From the NCBI GenBank assembly GCA_963693365.1, contig CAVNZM010000050.1, positions 1-27,981 on the forward strand: a DNA stretch of 27,981 nucleotides, written 5' to 3'. This document shows positions 7,731 through 17,943 of the stretch, in pieces (positions within the stretch are counted from its first letter, which is position 1; each line of letters begins with the position of its first letter). Source of the DNA: Amoebidium appalachense. Lineage: Eukaryota; Protista; Ichthyosporea. Position numbers and translations under genes: made by a program. The notes beneath the pieces are model-generated. The model had not been told where the DNA came from. It did no database searches and saw nothing but the letters and a program-made list of their open reading frames with translations.

Positions 7731-9872
7731 ATGGCGAATATTCTGGAGGATCTGGACTTGGTGGAAAACATGGAGGACGAGGACACGGACAGCATGGAGG
7801 ACGAGGGCACGGACAGCATGGAGGACGAGGACACGGACCCCTTCTCAGATGCGTATTTTGAAGTCCTGGAAGCTGCAGGGGTTGTTGAGCCTGGCACGAC
7901 GGTCGACGACTGGTTCTGCGCCGACCCGGCAGACATAAGTGCGCTCCGGACAGGTAGAAACTGGTGGCCGAACAAGCGCGCTGTTCAGGAGGCCGTGGAC
8001 AACGGCACGGTGCAGCGGGCGATTGAGCGCCTGCAACAGCAGGGCCTGGAAATGCCCGAAGGACGGGGGATGGAAGACCTAATAATCGAAACGCTGGTGT
8101 TCATGCGCGTGGCCCGCCAGGCACTCTCCGAGTCTGGGATGGTGCGAAAGGTGTCAACCTTGTGGGGTGGGGAGCCTGAGAACCGCGACCCCTACATACG
8201 CGAAAATCTGGAAGATCTGGTGAGCCCCGCCGTGCGCGAAGAGGTAAAGGCGGCCAAGCGCAATGGGGACGAGAATGCCATTCAAAATATTATGGATGAT
8301 CCGGAAATCCGCGCCCAGATCACAGACGCGCTGTGGTGCAGGGCTGCTCGCAGGGCCAATCGTCTCAAGCGCCTGGAAACAGCTCTGTACATGTCCGAGG
8401 GGCTCACCAAGAGAGAGTACATATTCAGGTACGCAGATGAGTTGTTTCCCTCGTACGCCGCGGCACGGATACGTGATATACCAATGGGTGATAACGAAGC
8501 ATGGGAAAGGGCCGTCGAAACTGAAATGCTAGACGAAGCTGTGGTGGAGGAAGTCCGGAAGAAACTTATGAAACGCGCCACCAGTATTGGCGGCAAATAT
8601 GTCGGAATCTTCCAGTTGGCTCTCAACGAGATGATAGCAAGCCACGGTGGCGTCATTCCAAACATGCAACAACGTCCCCACAATGGCGATGTCGAAATGG
8701 CTGTAGAACCCGAAGCCCCGGATTCGGATTCGATGCCCCAGGCTCCATCTGGTAGCACTGCACCGGTGTCCGGGTCTGCCATGGATCTTTCGCACGCGGA
8801 GGGCGATGAAGATGATGCGAACATTTTCGAATGGACCGCACAAGGCCTTGTCAAACTATTTGCTACGTTGACCGCTGACTCTCCGCACCAGGCGAATCGG
8901 CTTTGTTATGAGCACAAGTGGGAGCTTGTTGACAAGTTTGAGTTGTTCGCGCGCGGTGCGCTCGAGATCGCCAGACGACGTCAAATGAAAGAAGATTTGG
9001 GCAAAATGCTGAAGGCAGATTTGGACGCAGAAGAGGCAGACGCTAAAGACGAAGAGGACGAGGAGGACCGCGCGTTTGTGGTCCCTGATGACGACCCGGA
9101 GTTGCAGCCACCAGACAACAATGCACCCGACACCCTTTCCGACGAGCTCCGCGACCTGAGGGCTGCGGTACAGATTGCACAACCCGAGACCAGGATCGAA
9201 GCCGTGAGGCAGGTTCTTGACTGGCTGGCGAGACAGCCGAACGGGGTGTACCACCCACCGCCGCCACGGATGCTGTTCCACAGGTTGCCGTCTCCATTGG
9301 ACCTGTCAGACTGGCTCACCCGGACGATTTCTCCCATGGATGAAGAGGACATGAGGATCCCAGAAGGGGTTTACAACGCGCTGCAGAAGTGGATCAGGTA
9401 CACGAAACTTAGACGCCTAGAAGCCCTGCGCGCAAATTTCAGACCGGCCCCGTCGACCGCGGAGTTAGAGGCATACGTAGAGAGAATGTACAGGGCGATC
9501 AACGGCTTGCTCCCGGATCGCTTCCACAACCACACTAATGATTGGACGGGACGGTTTGATGCCTACCCCAGCGAAACAGCAGCCATCATACTCCTTTCTG
9601 GGGCAGAACCCCGGGGGGATCCATTGGCGGCGGCAGACGGCGACCCCATATTTGCGAGGATGCTCATCATCGCCGCAGGGGTCCAGGGATTGCACGATGC
9701 AGGGGTTTTTCAGTTTACAGGTGTGGAGTCGCCGGTTAGACCGGTGGTTGAAGACTTGCCATTAGGACCGGCTGGCAATACCCGGTGGACGCGGTCTGGA
9801 ACAACGCATGCCCTGAGGACCACCAAAAGGCAAAGGAGACAGCTCAGGCATTACAGGCCACCCGGGCAGTAA
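7731..9872 (+). CDS. Large acidic hypothetical protein (713 aa)
   Basis: Long ORF from ATG 7731 with acidic tracts and a basic C-terminal tail (KRQRRQLR). No family recognised. Confidence 0.75.
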   Translation: MANILEDLDLVENMEDEDTDSMEDEGTDSMEDEDTDPFSDAYFEVLEAAGVVEPGTTVDDWFCADPADISALRTGRNWWPNKRAVQEAVDNGTVQRAIERLQQQGLEMPEGRGMEDLIIETLVFMRVARQALSESGMVRKVSTLWGGEPENRDPYIRENLEDLVSPAVREEVKAAKRNGDENAIQNIMDDPEIRAQITDALWCRAARRANRLKRLETALYMSEGLTKREYIFRYADELFPSYAAARIRDIPMGDNEAWERAVETEMLDEAVVEEVRKKLMKRATSIGGKYVGIFQLALNEMIASHGGVIPNMQQRPHNGDVEMAVEPEAPDSDSMPQAPSGSTAPVSGSAMDLSHAEGDEDDANIFEWTAQGLVKLFATLTADSPHQANRLCYEHKWELVDKFELFARGALEIARRRQMKEDLGKMLKADLDAEEADAKDEEDEEDRAFVVPDDDPELQPPDNNAPDTLSDELRDLRAAVQIAQPETRIEAVRQVLDWLARQPNGVYHPPPPRMLFHRLPSPLDLSDWLTRTISPMDEEDMRIPEGVYNALQKWIRYTKLRRLEALRANFRPAPSTAELEAYVERMYRAINGLLPDRFHNHTNDWTGRFDAYPSETAAIILLSGAEPRGDPLAAADGDPIFARMLIIAAGVQGLHDAGVFQFTGVESPVRPVVEDLPLGPAGNTRWTRSGTTHALRTTKRQRRQLRHYRPPGQ
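7769..7838 (+). repeat. 24-bp tandem repeat x3 (MEDE[D/G]TDS)
   Basis: CATGGAGGACGAGG(A/G)CACGGACAG repeated about three times in frame. Confidence 0.9.
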
Positions 9873-9923
9873 ACAAGCGAACACAATCGAAGCCACCAAA
9901 GTTTTGGGGTGTTGAATCTATAG

Positions 9924-11429
9924 ATGGCACACGGGCGAGGGAGGGATGTAGTGGAAAGATTTCCCGTGAAGCCGCGCTGCTTTTTCAGGTTCGTAAAGAA
10001 AAATGCAGAACATTTTGTGGAAGAAACGCCGGTCTCCCCCAGCACTCAGACGTACGCATGGACACCGGAAAACGGTTGCCTCTCCCTCTCCCTGGAAAGC
10101 ACAGAACCCGACACGATCCCGGTGTATCTTGCCTGTGTTAAACGTCTCCGGTTCGATGCGCAACAGGATGGCTACTCCGTGAATATCGAGTTCGAGAACC
10201 AAGATAGTCCTGGGATACGCACCTTCGACACAACTTACGATTCGGTTCGAAACTTCATGTTGGACAAGAGGGGCAATGCTTTCAAGGAGATCATGGTGAA
10301 GCACGCCCCATACCAGATCGAGGAGTACAAAAAGAGTACCATCCCTGGGAACCCAACACCCCCATATTTGCAGGAGGATTCGGTAGCAGACCTCTTGTTT
10401 GACAAACTGTACCGCGGGGCCCAACAAATTTCGGGGTCCATAAAAGATTTGATAGGGGTAGGGTCTGTGTGGACTTCGCCTGCAGTAGAGGGGAGAACCA
10501 ATACTATAGTAATGCTACAGACATATCTTCCGAAGTCCACAATTTTCGCCCCGGAGAATTGCTCCGTACACAACCCAACAACGAGTCAATGACTGTCCAG
10601 CAATCGTTTAGGAATCTCAGGAACGATGGCTTCATGACCACCATATCGATGCCTAAATGGAAGTTCTTTTTTAGGAACGAACTCGCGACAATGTTGTTCC
10701 AATGGCTGACTGACCCCCAACGGGTGCCCTACTTTATTATATACACAGGTGAAGTGCACCATGCTTCTGTCATCATACTCGTTTCAGGTGACAAGTCGAG
10801 TATAGTTCTGGAGTTCTTCAATGTCCATGCCCCGAGTAGCACGTTGACAAAAGCCCTTGTCTCATTCATGAGAAGCGCTGATCCCACAGGCAAGCTGAAA
10901 GACATACTTCGATCCCTCAAACCCGAAAGTGTTTGCACTGATTTGCAAAATCTTCATGGAAAAAGGACATTGTACGACGAATTGTTTGACAGAGACGAGG
11001 TGGTCGATGGGGCCTGTGCGTCTTGGTTGAGTATTTACATACTGTTGCGGACTTCACAAGCCGACTGGTCGTCCATACCGGGTGCGGATGGGCACACCAT
11101 AGGCGAGCGGATCTGCAACTTCATCAAGACGAAAATCGCAAGGGATGGGGGATTCCAAGCGGTTTATAAGGTCGGGGGGGACGATCGCGATGTACGGAAA
11201 GCGCCTGGTCGAACTCTACGGGGCTAAGATGTATCAAACTGCGGATTGGTGGGCGCAAGACGGCGTCAATCAACAGGAGCGTTACCGAGAGGTCGTGGAC
11301 ATGGTGCTTTCCAAGAAAGTTCTCGTATTGACCGATGCCGAGCTCAAGGATGCAGGACTGCCAACACGCAAGGACGGCGAGCAACTTGTGAACGAGGTCC
11401 GAGAACAAGCGGCGCGCCTCCTCCCCTGA
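9924..11429 (+). CDS. Putative CE-clan (Ulp1/adenain-like) cysteine protease, paralogue 1; two frameshifts
   Basis: ORFs 9924..10592, 10469..11227 and 11145..11429 align consecutively to the intact paralogue 19856..21367. Breaks fall at the C4 run ~10549-10552 and the G7 run 11174-11180. Motifs HASVIIL...LEFFN...LQ...DGACASW...YILLR. Confidence 0.7.
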
Positions 11430-11471
11430 GGGCATCAAAAGGTCAAGAATTGAGGTGGATTGATCCCTGCC

Positions 11472-11837
11472 TCAGCGGAGGACCTCCCTTCTCAGCGCAG
11501 CGGCCAGCCGCGCGAGCCAGGCGGTGCGGTCGTCGCCCAGGCGTGTGGCAAAGTCGGCATAGGACATCTGTGCCGAGAACCATTGACCCTTCTCCTCATT
11601 CCAGTAGCGCAGGCCGTTGACATTGGAAACTTCCATGCGCGGGCACCGGCCACATTCGCCAAAACGGGCTGTGTCGGCCTCCCAGCCCGCGGCCAGGCGC
11701 TTGTCATAAAGCAGGGCGGCACAGGCGGGTGCGTCGCAGGGCGGGTCACGACCGAACACCGTGCGCACCGCATCTCGCAGCGCAAGCGCAAGCAGGGTGG
11801 TCACGCAGAGGGCCATGAGCAGGAGTACCAGCTGCAT
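11472..11837 (-). CDS. Secreted or membrane-anchored hypothetical protein
   Basis: 121 aa with a hydrophobic N-terminus (MQLVLLLMALCVTTLLALAL) and two Cys pairs. Confidence 0.65.
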   Translation of the reverse strand: MQLVLLLMALCVTTLLALALRDAVRTVFGRDPPCDAPACAALLYDKRLAAGWEADTARFGECGRCPRMEVSNVNGLRYWNEEKGQWFSAQMSYADFATRLGDDRTAWLARLAAALRREVLR

Positions 11838-11885
11838 TGTTACGTCACGGGCGCATTTTGTGCCGGCTTAATCTTCCTGTAGTGC

Positions 11886-12474
11886 ATGCACATCACGCAC
11901 GGCGACCGCTTCGTCAGCCGCAACCTCGCGCTGCTCAGCTGCCCGGTGGAGTGGCCCGAGGACCTGGCCAACACGAGGCACACGGGCATGGGCCTGCGGT
12001 GGCGGCGTGACGGCGACAAGGTCACCGCCATGCTCGGTGAGACACGCATGTACTGGAGGGCGCTGCCCGAGGCCAACGTCGTCACGTTCACCGATGACCC
12101 GGCTCAGGCGAGCTCTTTTGGGTTCAGCGACTGCCCGCTCCCGCAGCCCAACCACGTTCCCGACACGGGTCTGGCGGGCGTGCGGGTGCGTCTGCACGAC
12201 AAAGACCTGCCGGCTCTCCCCCCACCTAGCGCACCGCCCCCAGGGCCGCGTGGAGCTCGGCGTGGCCTTCTCCATCGGCGTGCTCGGCGTGGGGCCCCTG
12301 CCCATGCCCTCGTGGTTTGTGTCCTCGGTCGCAGACACGAGCCCCACCATGCAGTATGGGTTCCGCGGCGTCAACCTTGCGCTGTGCCTGCTGCACGTGT
12401 GGCGCGTGCGCGTGTGCGTGGACCTGTTCCCGTTCCCGGGCCTGACGCTTTTTCTGGCGCTGCTCGAGCTCTGA
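11886..12474 (+). CDS. Hypothetical protein with hydrophobic C-terminus; one frameshift
   Basis: High-GC3 reading switches from the 11886 frame to the 12007..12474 frame at C runs 12218-12241. Confidence 0.55.
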
Positions 12475-12494
12475 TATTTTGTAGCCATCTATCA

Positions 12495-12890
12495 ATGCGT
12501 GCGCTGCTCCTGTGTCCCCCCCTGCTTGCACTGGTCCTTGCGGCCCCCGAGTGCCTGGTGTTTGCAAGCTCGGCAACCCTTGCGGCAACCACCGCGCACG
12601 TGCCGCCCAGCTCCACTGCCGAAACAAAGACGTGGTGGGCGACCCTGACGCACGTGGAGACCGTTGCAGCCACCACCACAGCCGCCGCTTCGATTCAAAC
12701 CATCGAAACCACCTCGGCCTCGGAAACTCCCACCGAAACGGACACCGACGTATTCGAGATCCCCACCTCCATCACTGAAGGCGACCCAACCGACGAACCC
12801 ATGCCCACGATGCCCGTGGACCCGCCCGCACCACCCGCCGGGGTGAACGCATCCAACTGGGAGTGCCGTTGCACGCTCATCAGACGTTAA
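12495..12890 (+). CDS. Secreted Thr/Pro-rich (mucin-like) protein
   Basis: Signal peptide MRALLLCPPLLALVLA, T/E/P-rich body, C-terminal WECRC. Confidence 0.7.
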   Translation: MRALLLCPPLLALVLAAPECLVFASSATLAATTAHVPPSSTAETKTWWATLTHVETVAATTTAAASIQTIETTSASETPTETDTDVFEIPTSITEGDPTDEPMPTMPVDPPAPPAGVNASNWECRCTLIRR

Positions 12891-12970
12891 TCATTTCTCG
12901 GAAAACCAGAGTTGGCCTGTCCATTCTTTGTTTTGTTCAGCCACGCCAGCTTTTAATTTGCGCAAGAAGA

Positions 12971-13474
12971 ATGGACTTGTCAAATGCGATTGCCTTAATC
13001 ATTCTAATGCTTACTATCGGTATGTTGGCATGGGCATACATCAAGTACGAACCCAAACCTGCCCCTGGCAAAAACGACAGTACCCCTAAGCCTGGCCCCG
13101 GCAAAAACGACAGTACCCCTGCAGTCGCACGGACACAGTGGTATGCTTTCGACCAAGTGGGGGACCACAGCACGGACAACACGTTTAACGACTGGCAAGA
13201 CCCGGTGAACTATGGGTACACGTCGGCCAGTCAGTGCATTAACCGATGCCAATCTATGAGCGGATGCCAACAGGTGGGCTATTCGCCATGGCAGGATATG
13301 GACGGGAAGCGGCCAAAAGGCTATTGCTACATGAGAAAAGCCGTCAAGAAATGGCCGTTGGATGCGTGGTCAAACAAGTCCGGTGTGGCTGCATCGGAAT
13401 CGCAGGTCACGTATGTGATGGCCGCACAAGTGCCGGAGAGCGAGAAGCAACATGGCAAGCTGGTTGAGTTCTAG
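12971..13474 (+). CDS. Membrane-anchored PAN/Apple-like domain protein
   Basis: N-terminal TM, duplicated PKP(A/G)PGKNDST linker, Cys pattern SASQCINRCQSMSGC...Y...GYCYMRK typical of PAN/Apple modules. Confidence 0.65.
   Translation: MDLSNAIALIILMLTIGMLAWAYIKYEPKPAPGKNDSTPKPGPGKNDSTPAVARTQWYAFDQVGDHSTDNTFNDWQDPVNYGYTSASQCINRCQSMSGCQQVGYSPWQDMDGKRPKGYCYMRKAVKKWPLDAWSNKSGVAASESQVTYVMAAQVPESEKQHGKLVEF
13052..13120 (+). repeat. 33-bp tandem duplication
   Basis: CC(C/T)AA(A/G)CCTG(C/G)CCC(T/C)GGCAAAAACGACAGTACC occurs twice. Confidence 0.85.
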
Positions 13475-13652
13475 CATGAATCAGACGAACAAATGTAAGA
13501 AAGGCTGGCATTTCCATTGCCCCCTGGTTTGGGTGCACGCTGCTACAAAGATATTTGGCAACCTTGTTTTTCTTTGTCGTGTATATGGCCAATTTGATGG
13601 CTGTTTGATCTTGTGTCTAGAGCTGGCTTCTTTTTTATTGTGCCCCAATGTA

Positions 13653-15011
13653 ATGTCGCATGCGCGCTCCCGCATCCTTGACGACATGGCGTCCCACATC
13701 GACTTCTCGGCGGCAGTGGCCCGCCGGGCAGCGTTCCCGCACGGGCCGGCCCTGCCCTCGGCCCCCCGCAGCGTGTCGGTGCCGAGCGAGGCGCCCCCGC
13801 GTGTCGAGCCCCCGCAGCCGCCGCAGGGCCAGTGGCGCTACCACTTCGTGACGGGCGGGTCCGAGTGCCGGCCGCTGCAGGTGGAGTTTCCGGCCACCCA
13901 GTCCGTGCACGGCATCCGTGTCGAGGGCTTCAAGGCGCACAGCGTGTACGACGTGTGCGAGGGCGCCAACAGGCTGACGCTGTCGCTGTCGTACCTGGAC
14001 TCGCCCGACGGCCGGCCCCCGGGCATGTGGGTGAAGGCGTCCACCGACGTGTACCTGCCTGTGGGCAACTACACCCTGGACACCCTGTGCGCCGAGCTCG
14101 AGATGCGGCTGGACGCCGCCATCGCCGCATGCTTCAACCCCAGCTACAGCCCCGAGGAGGTGGCGGACATTTTGGAGATGTACCCGGACACGCTGCCCTA
14201 CTACGCCAGCGTCACACACACGGAGCGGTTGCGCCGGGACGCCGAGCGCAACGGCGAGGCGTGGACCAGGCACCAGGACTTTGTGTGCAAGACGCGGTGG
14301 GCGCCACGCCGGCAGGGCCCGCGCGACGAGATCGCCTTCGAGGCGCTGATGCTCGCGCAGCTGTACTACAGGGAGAACGCATGGGCGTGGCGCGAGCTGG
14401 CCAACGAGCGTGACGCGCACGGGCGCATCCAGTGGCCGTTCCACAACACGCTGTACAACCTCATGACGCCCTCGAAGCTCGCGCTGCCCGGGCGACTGGT
14501 GATCAGCATCCACCACCGCAAGAACATGGACCCGGACACCATGAAGCACTGGCTGCCGTATGTGTCGGTGCCGACGTTCTCGCTTGACGTGTGCCGGGGG
14601 CTCGGGAACGTGCTGGGAATGGCGGCCGGCGCGCACGTCAGCCACAGCCTGACGGCGGGGCTGCCTCCGCTGGCACGCTACTTCGACGGGCGAGACCATG
14701 CGGTCGTGGAGGAGGGCGACCAGCAGCTGCCGTGCCAGGGCGACAACATCCAGTGCGTGTTTGGGACGGACGCACCCCTGGGCCCGCGGGGGGCGCTCAT
14801 GGTGCACGTCATGCAGGGCGAGACCAGCCTGCAGGGGCGCATCATGGCGCCCGGGGTGCAGGGTGCGGCGGGCGGGGCGGTGGACGACATGCTGGCGAGC
14901 CCGCAGATCTTGGGGACGCTGGATCACGTCGACACGCTGCGACTGGTGGTGGTGGACGAGACCGGGACAAGGGTGACTGGCTGTTTCTCGGCGCTGGTCG
15001 CGGTTAAATAA
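13653..15011 (+). CDS. Penton-like minor capsid protein (single jelly-roll, NCLDV type)
   Basis: Ordered motifs SV..IRV, VYDV.EG.NRL, LPVGNYTLDTL...L, LGNVLGM, GP..LMV, VDTLRL.VVDETG...FSAL match the NCLDV/virophage penton pattern. ATG 13653. AATAAA overlaps the stop. Confidence 0.65.
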   Translation: MSHARSRILDDMASHIDFSAAVARRAAFPHGPALPSAPRSVSVPSEAPPRVEPPQPPQGQWRYHFVTGGSECRPLQVEFPATQSVHGIRVEGFKAHSVYDVCEGANRLTLSLSYLDSPDGRPPGMWVKASTDVYLPVGNYTLDTLCAELEMRLDAAIAACFNPSYSPEEVADILEMYPDTLPYYASVTHTERLRRDAERNGEAWTRHQDFVCKTRWAPRRQGPRDEIAFEALMLAQLYYRENAWAWRELANERDAHGRIQWPFHNTLYNLMTPSKLALPGRLVISIHHRKNMDPDTMKHWLPYVSVPTFSLDVCRGLGNVLGMAAGAHVSHSLTAGLPPLARYFDGRDHAVVEEGDQQLPCQGDNIQCVFGTDAPLGPRGALMVHVMQGETSLQGRIMAPGVQGAAGGAVDDMLASPQILGTLDHVDTLRLVVVDETGTRVTGCFSALVAVK

Positions 15012-15045
15012 AGAAGATTCTCAGATATTATCTGTGCACTTGTGT

Positions 15046-16431
15046 ATGGCGTCGAACGTTGAGGCCCAAGACCCTCCCTCCTACATGACAGTGCAACAGA
15101 CGGGAGTGGTTATGTATAAAGGAAAGGCTTACAAGGAGGGTGAACACTTTGACATGACCGATGAGTGTGGGGTCTCGGTGACTCATGCAGAAGTAAGACA
15201 GGGGGGGAAGCTGTGGGTGAATGGGAGTAGATTGGCAGCCAAAATGGGAAAAACCTGGAGTAATTGGTACAGGCTAAAGGGCGCACGAGATTTGGTGGAG
15301 GACCTTGAGAAGCACCAGTCACAATCTTCTCCTTCGATGGGGGAGAACACCTTTGAAGTGCAGGGCAGGACGCAGGGCGGGTCAGGTTTAGTAGAGGACC
15401 TCAAGAAGCGCCAACCACGATCTTCTCCTTCGATTGGGGAGAATACCTTTGAAGTGCAGGGCAGGACGCAGGGCGGGTCAGGTCTAGAGAAATCGCCATC
15501 CATTATCGACCACTCTCGGAATCAGTACCAGGGCATTGACAAGGAGTCCCTTCGGGGTACTTGGATCACTTTGGATTTAGCTACCGCTTTTGTCACTGAT
15601 GCCAATCCTTCGTTTCGTGCAAAGTGGTGTGAGGTCATCGGAGAACTCCATTCAGAAGACGAGGGGTCGGTTAGCAGTGTACACGCAGAAACTGATATGG
15701 TACCAGGAACCACTGGGGGTGTTCAATCCGGGGTTGTAAAGCGCCAGGCAACCGAGAATCCCGCACATAGTGGTCCCGTGGAAAAGATTCGTATCCTAAC
15801 TGATCGCCAACTGGCACGCCTACGTGAAGAGAAGATGTTGACGGTCCCAGCACTTGTTGCAGCTTATGCGGCAAAGCTTCAGGCAGAAGCTGCAATCCTT
15901 GAAGCAGAAGCAGCTCTCCTCGACGCACAGGCATACGTTGCACGAAAGGATGCTGACACTCGCCTGGCTCAAACCGAAGTCGAACGCCTCAAGCTGCGGC
16001 TCGCACCCCCCCTCCCTGATGCCTATATTAAGTTCATGGATGCAACTGCAGAAAACACACGCACCCTGTATCGCTTAGCACAGCGAGGAGATACGTTTGT
16101 GTACGCCGTGCATGTACCTTCGACAGATTCCCACCAACGCCTGAAATTCGGTTTCACAACCAATGTAGAGAAACGCTTTTCGGATTATCGTTCCCTCTTG
16201 GCTGACATGAACAACAAGATCGTCCTGCTGCTGCCTTCCGAAACCCCCCGGCCAATAGAGAAGTTCATAAAGACCGAGCTGCGCGGATGCCGGGTGGGAG
16301 ACAACAAAAACACCGAGCTCTTTGATGTTCCCTTCAACAAGTTTCGCAGCGTACTCCTGGACGTGCTGGATCTTTATGGTCCATGGGGGGAAGGAGTCGC
16401 CGATGACATACAAGAGGCTTTAATGGTCTAA
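15046..16431 (+). CDS. KilA-N domain protein with C-terminal T5orf172/GIY-YIG-like domain
   Basis: WVNGSRLAAKMGKTWSNWYRL...RGTWI..DLA..F.....P.F (KilA-N), a coiled coil, then VYAV...LKFGFTTNVEKRFSDY...IEKFIK...NTELF. Confidence 0.85.
   Translation: MASNVEAQDPPSYMTVQQTGVVMYKGKAYKEGEHFDMTDECGVSVTHAEVRQGGKLWVNGSRLAAKMGKTWSNWYRLKGARDLVEDLEKHQSQSSPSMGENTFEVQGRTQGGSGLVEDLKKRQPRSSPSIGENTFEVQGRTQGGSGLEKSPSIIDHSRNQYQGIDKESLRGTWITLDLATAFVTDANPSFRAKWCEVIGELHSEDEGSVSSVHAETDMVPGTTGGVQSGVVKRQATENPAHSGPVEKIRILTDRQLARLREEKMLTVPALVAAYAAKLQAEAAILEAEAALLDAQAYVARKDADTRLAQTEVERLKLRLAPPLPDAYIKFMDATAENTRTLYRLAQRGDTFVYAVHVPSTDSHQRLKFGFTTNVEKRFSDYRSLLADMNNKIVLLLPSETPRPIEKFIKTELRGCRVGDNKNTELFDVPFNKFRSVLLDVLDLYGPWGEGVADDIQEALMV
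15292..15483 (+). repeat. 96-bp tandem duplication within the KilA-N domain
   Basis: LVEDL.K.Q..SSPS.GENTFEVQGRTQGGSG occurs twice, with DNA identical over ACCTTTGAAGTGCAGGGCAGGACGCAGGGCGGGTCAGGT. Confidence 0.9.
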
Positions 16432-16434
16432 CCT

Positions 16435-16950
16435 CTACCCGCCCATAGCCGCCCTGTCAGCGGGGCGTTCAACCTGTGGGAACCTAGGCACGAACGAGAA
16501 GGACTCGAATGTCGCGTACGCCGCACGGCGCGCCACAGCCATGCCGCAGTGACGCGCGCGCTCCTGGAACTGCTGGTAGCGGTCGGTGTACTGGGGATCG
16601 GACGACGTCTCCATGAGGAACACGCCAAACCTGTCCTCCTCCTCGTCACCGAAGAAGATGATGTTGACGACGACGGGGACCCCCTCGAGCCGCCCGACCA
16701 TGAGCCAGTTGTAGTGCCCCCTCCCATGGATCATCCAGGGCTCCCGCGCCTGTGCGCTTTCGATCAAGAACAGAAACGGCTCCTGCCCGGACAACACATC
16801 CTCGCACGGCAGTGTCAGCTGCAAGTAGAATGTGTTCGGCTGGCCCAGCCGTGGTATCATTTCGGCCAAATCCGAGCCGCCGTCGATAAACACCTCGTGG
16901 TCGTAATCCGCGTCCCATCCCCATGTGGCCTGTGAAGTCCCGGTTCCCAT
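16435..16950 (-). CDS. Hypothetical protein with N-myristoylation-like start
   Basis: MGTGTS fits MGxxxS, 171 aa. The upstream part of ORF 16435..17553 is only the antisense of the resolvase. Confidence 0.6.
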   Translation of the reverse strand: MGTGTSQATWGWDADYDHEVFIDGGSDLAEMIPRLGQPNTFYLQLTLPCEDVLSGQEPFLFLIESAQAREPWMIHGRGHYNWLMVGRLEGVPVVVNIIFFGDEEEDRFGVFLMETSSDPQYTDRYQQFQERARHCGMAVARRAAYATFESFSFVPRFPQVERPADRAAMGG

Positions 16951-17028
16951 GCCTGTGCCAACAATATTCTTGTAAACGAGTTGGGCAGGGAAGCATAAAA
17001 GGGAATCCCCCAACCCCCCACCCTCACA

Positions 17029-17637
17029 ATGCGTGTGGCCGCCATCGACGTCGGCTTCCTGAACCTGGTGGTGTGCGTGCTCAGCACCACCGACGACCCT
17101 GTCACCCCCTTCATCATCCACACGTGGGACCGCTGGCTCGTGGGCAACCCGGACACCACGGCCACGGTGCTGGTCGAGCTGCTGCTGCGCCGGCTGCACG
17201 AGGACCGCGCGCTGTTCGCGGACGTCGACATGGTCGTCATCGAGCGCCAGATGGTCACCAAGCTGAGCGTGCTGGCGCACGCCCTGCAGGCGTACTTCCT
17301 CACCCTCAGATTGACCAATGGCCACGGGCCCGGCGTGGTGCTGCAGCACGGCACGCGCAAGAACCAGTGCGGGGCGTGGCTCGCCCGCCACGGAATGGCC
17401 CCCGCGGAGACGGGCAAGGCGGCGTATGCGGTGTACAAGCGGCGTGCGGTGGTCGACACGCAGCAGGCGCTGAAGCTGCAGAGCGAGCAGGGGTGGCGGG
17501 ACAAGTTTGGGCGGGAGGGCAAGAAGGACGACATGGCGGACGCGCTGCTGCACGGGCTGTGGTACCTGTTCTGTCGGACCCAGAAGGGGGGGTCACGCTG
17601 GGGGCATATGCAGGCAAACGGACAGTGTACAAAATAA
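17029..17637 (+). CDS. ruvC: Holliday junction resolvase, poxvirus A22/RuvC-like
   Basis: AIDVGFLNL, VVIERQ and KKDDMADALL catalytic motifs. AATAAA overlaps the stop. Confidence 0.92.
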   Translation: MRVAAIDVGFLNLVVCVLSTTDDPVTPFIIHTWDRWLVGNPDTTATVLVELLLRRLHEDRALFADVDMVVIERQMVTKLSVLAHALQAYFLTLRLTNGHGPGVVLQHGTRKNQCGAWLARHGMAPAETGKAAYAVYKRRAVVDTQQALKLQSEQGWRDKFGREGKKDDMADALLHGLWYLFCRTQKGGSRWGHMQANGQCTK

Positions 17638-17745
17638 AAAAAGCAATTCATCAGATCTTTATTTGTTTCTTATAGACCGGCTTCCGGTCCCATGGACCGG
17701 AGGTATAGATTGGCCCGTTGGTTGTCGGTGTCGAGCTTGACTGCA

Positions 17746-17821
17746 TATCTGCACTGCAGATTTTCCCCTCCAACTTAGCAATGAGTTCCTTTGTCCCCTT
17801 CAACTTGTACCAATCAAACCA
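17746..17821 (-). pseudogene. KilA-N gene remnant, copy 1 of a 76-bp direct repeat
   Basis: Encodes WFDWYKLKGTKELIAKLE, similar to WSNWYRLKGARDLVEDLE of 15046..16431. 7 mismatches in 76 bp to 19721-19796. Confidence 0.65.
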
Positions 17822-17943
17822 AAACTGTCTGCGCCCCCCACCCCGGGCTGTCACAGTGGTACCTGTTCTGCAGGCGTGGGAGGTCGAGGAAGATGTAAGA
17901 ATAAAGCGCTTTGTTTCATGGAGACTCAATGCTACCTGAGAAA

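Noticed and set aside
13635-14927. 430-aa minus-strand ORF
   Set aside because: Antisense shadow of the penton-like gene.
16951-17553. N-terminal 200 aa of ORF 16435..17553
   Set aside because: Overlaps the resolvase antisense. MGTGTS at 16950 is the more plausible start.
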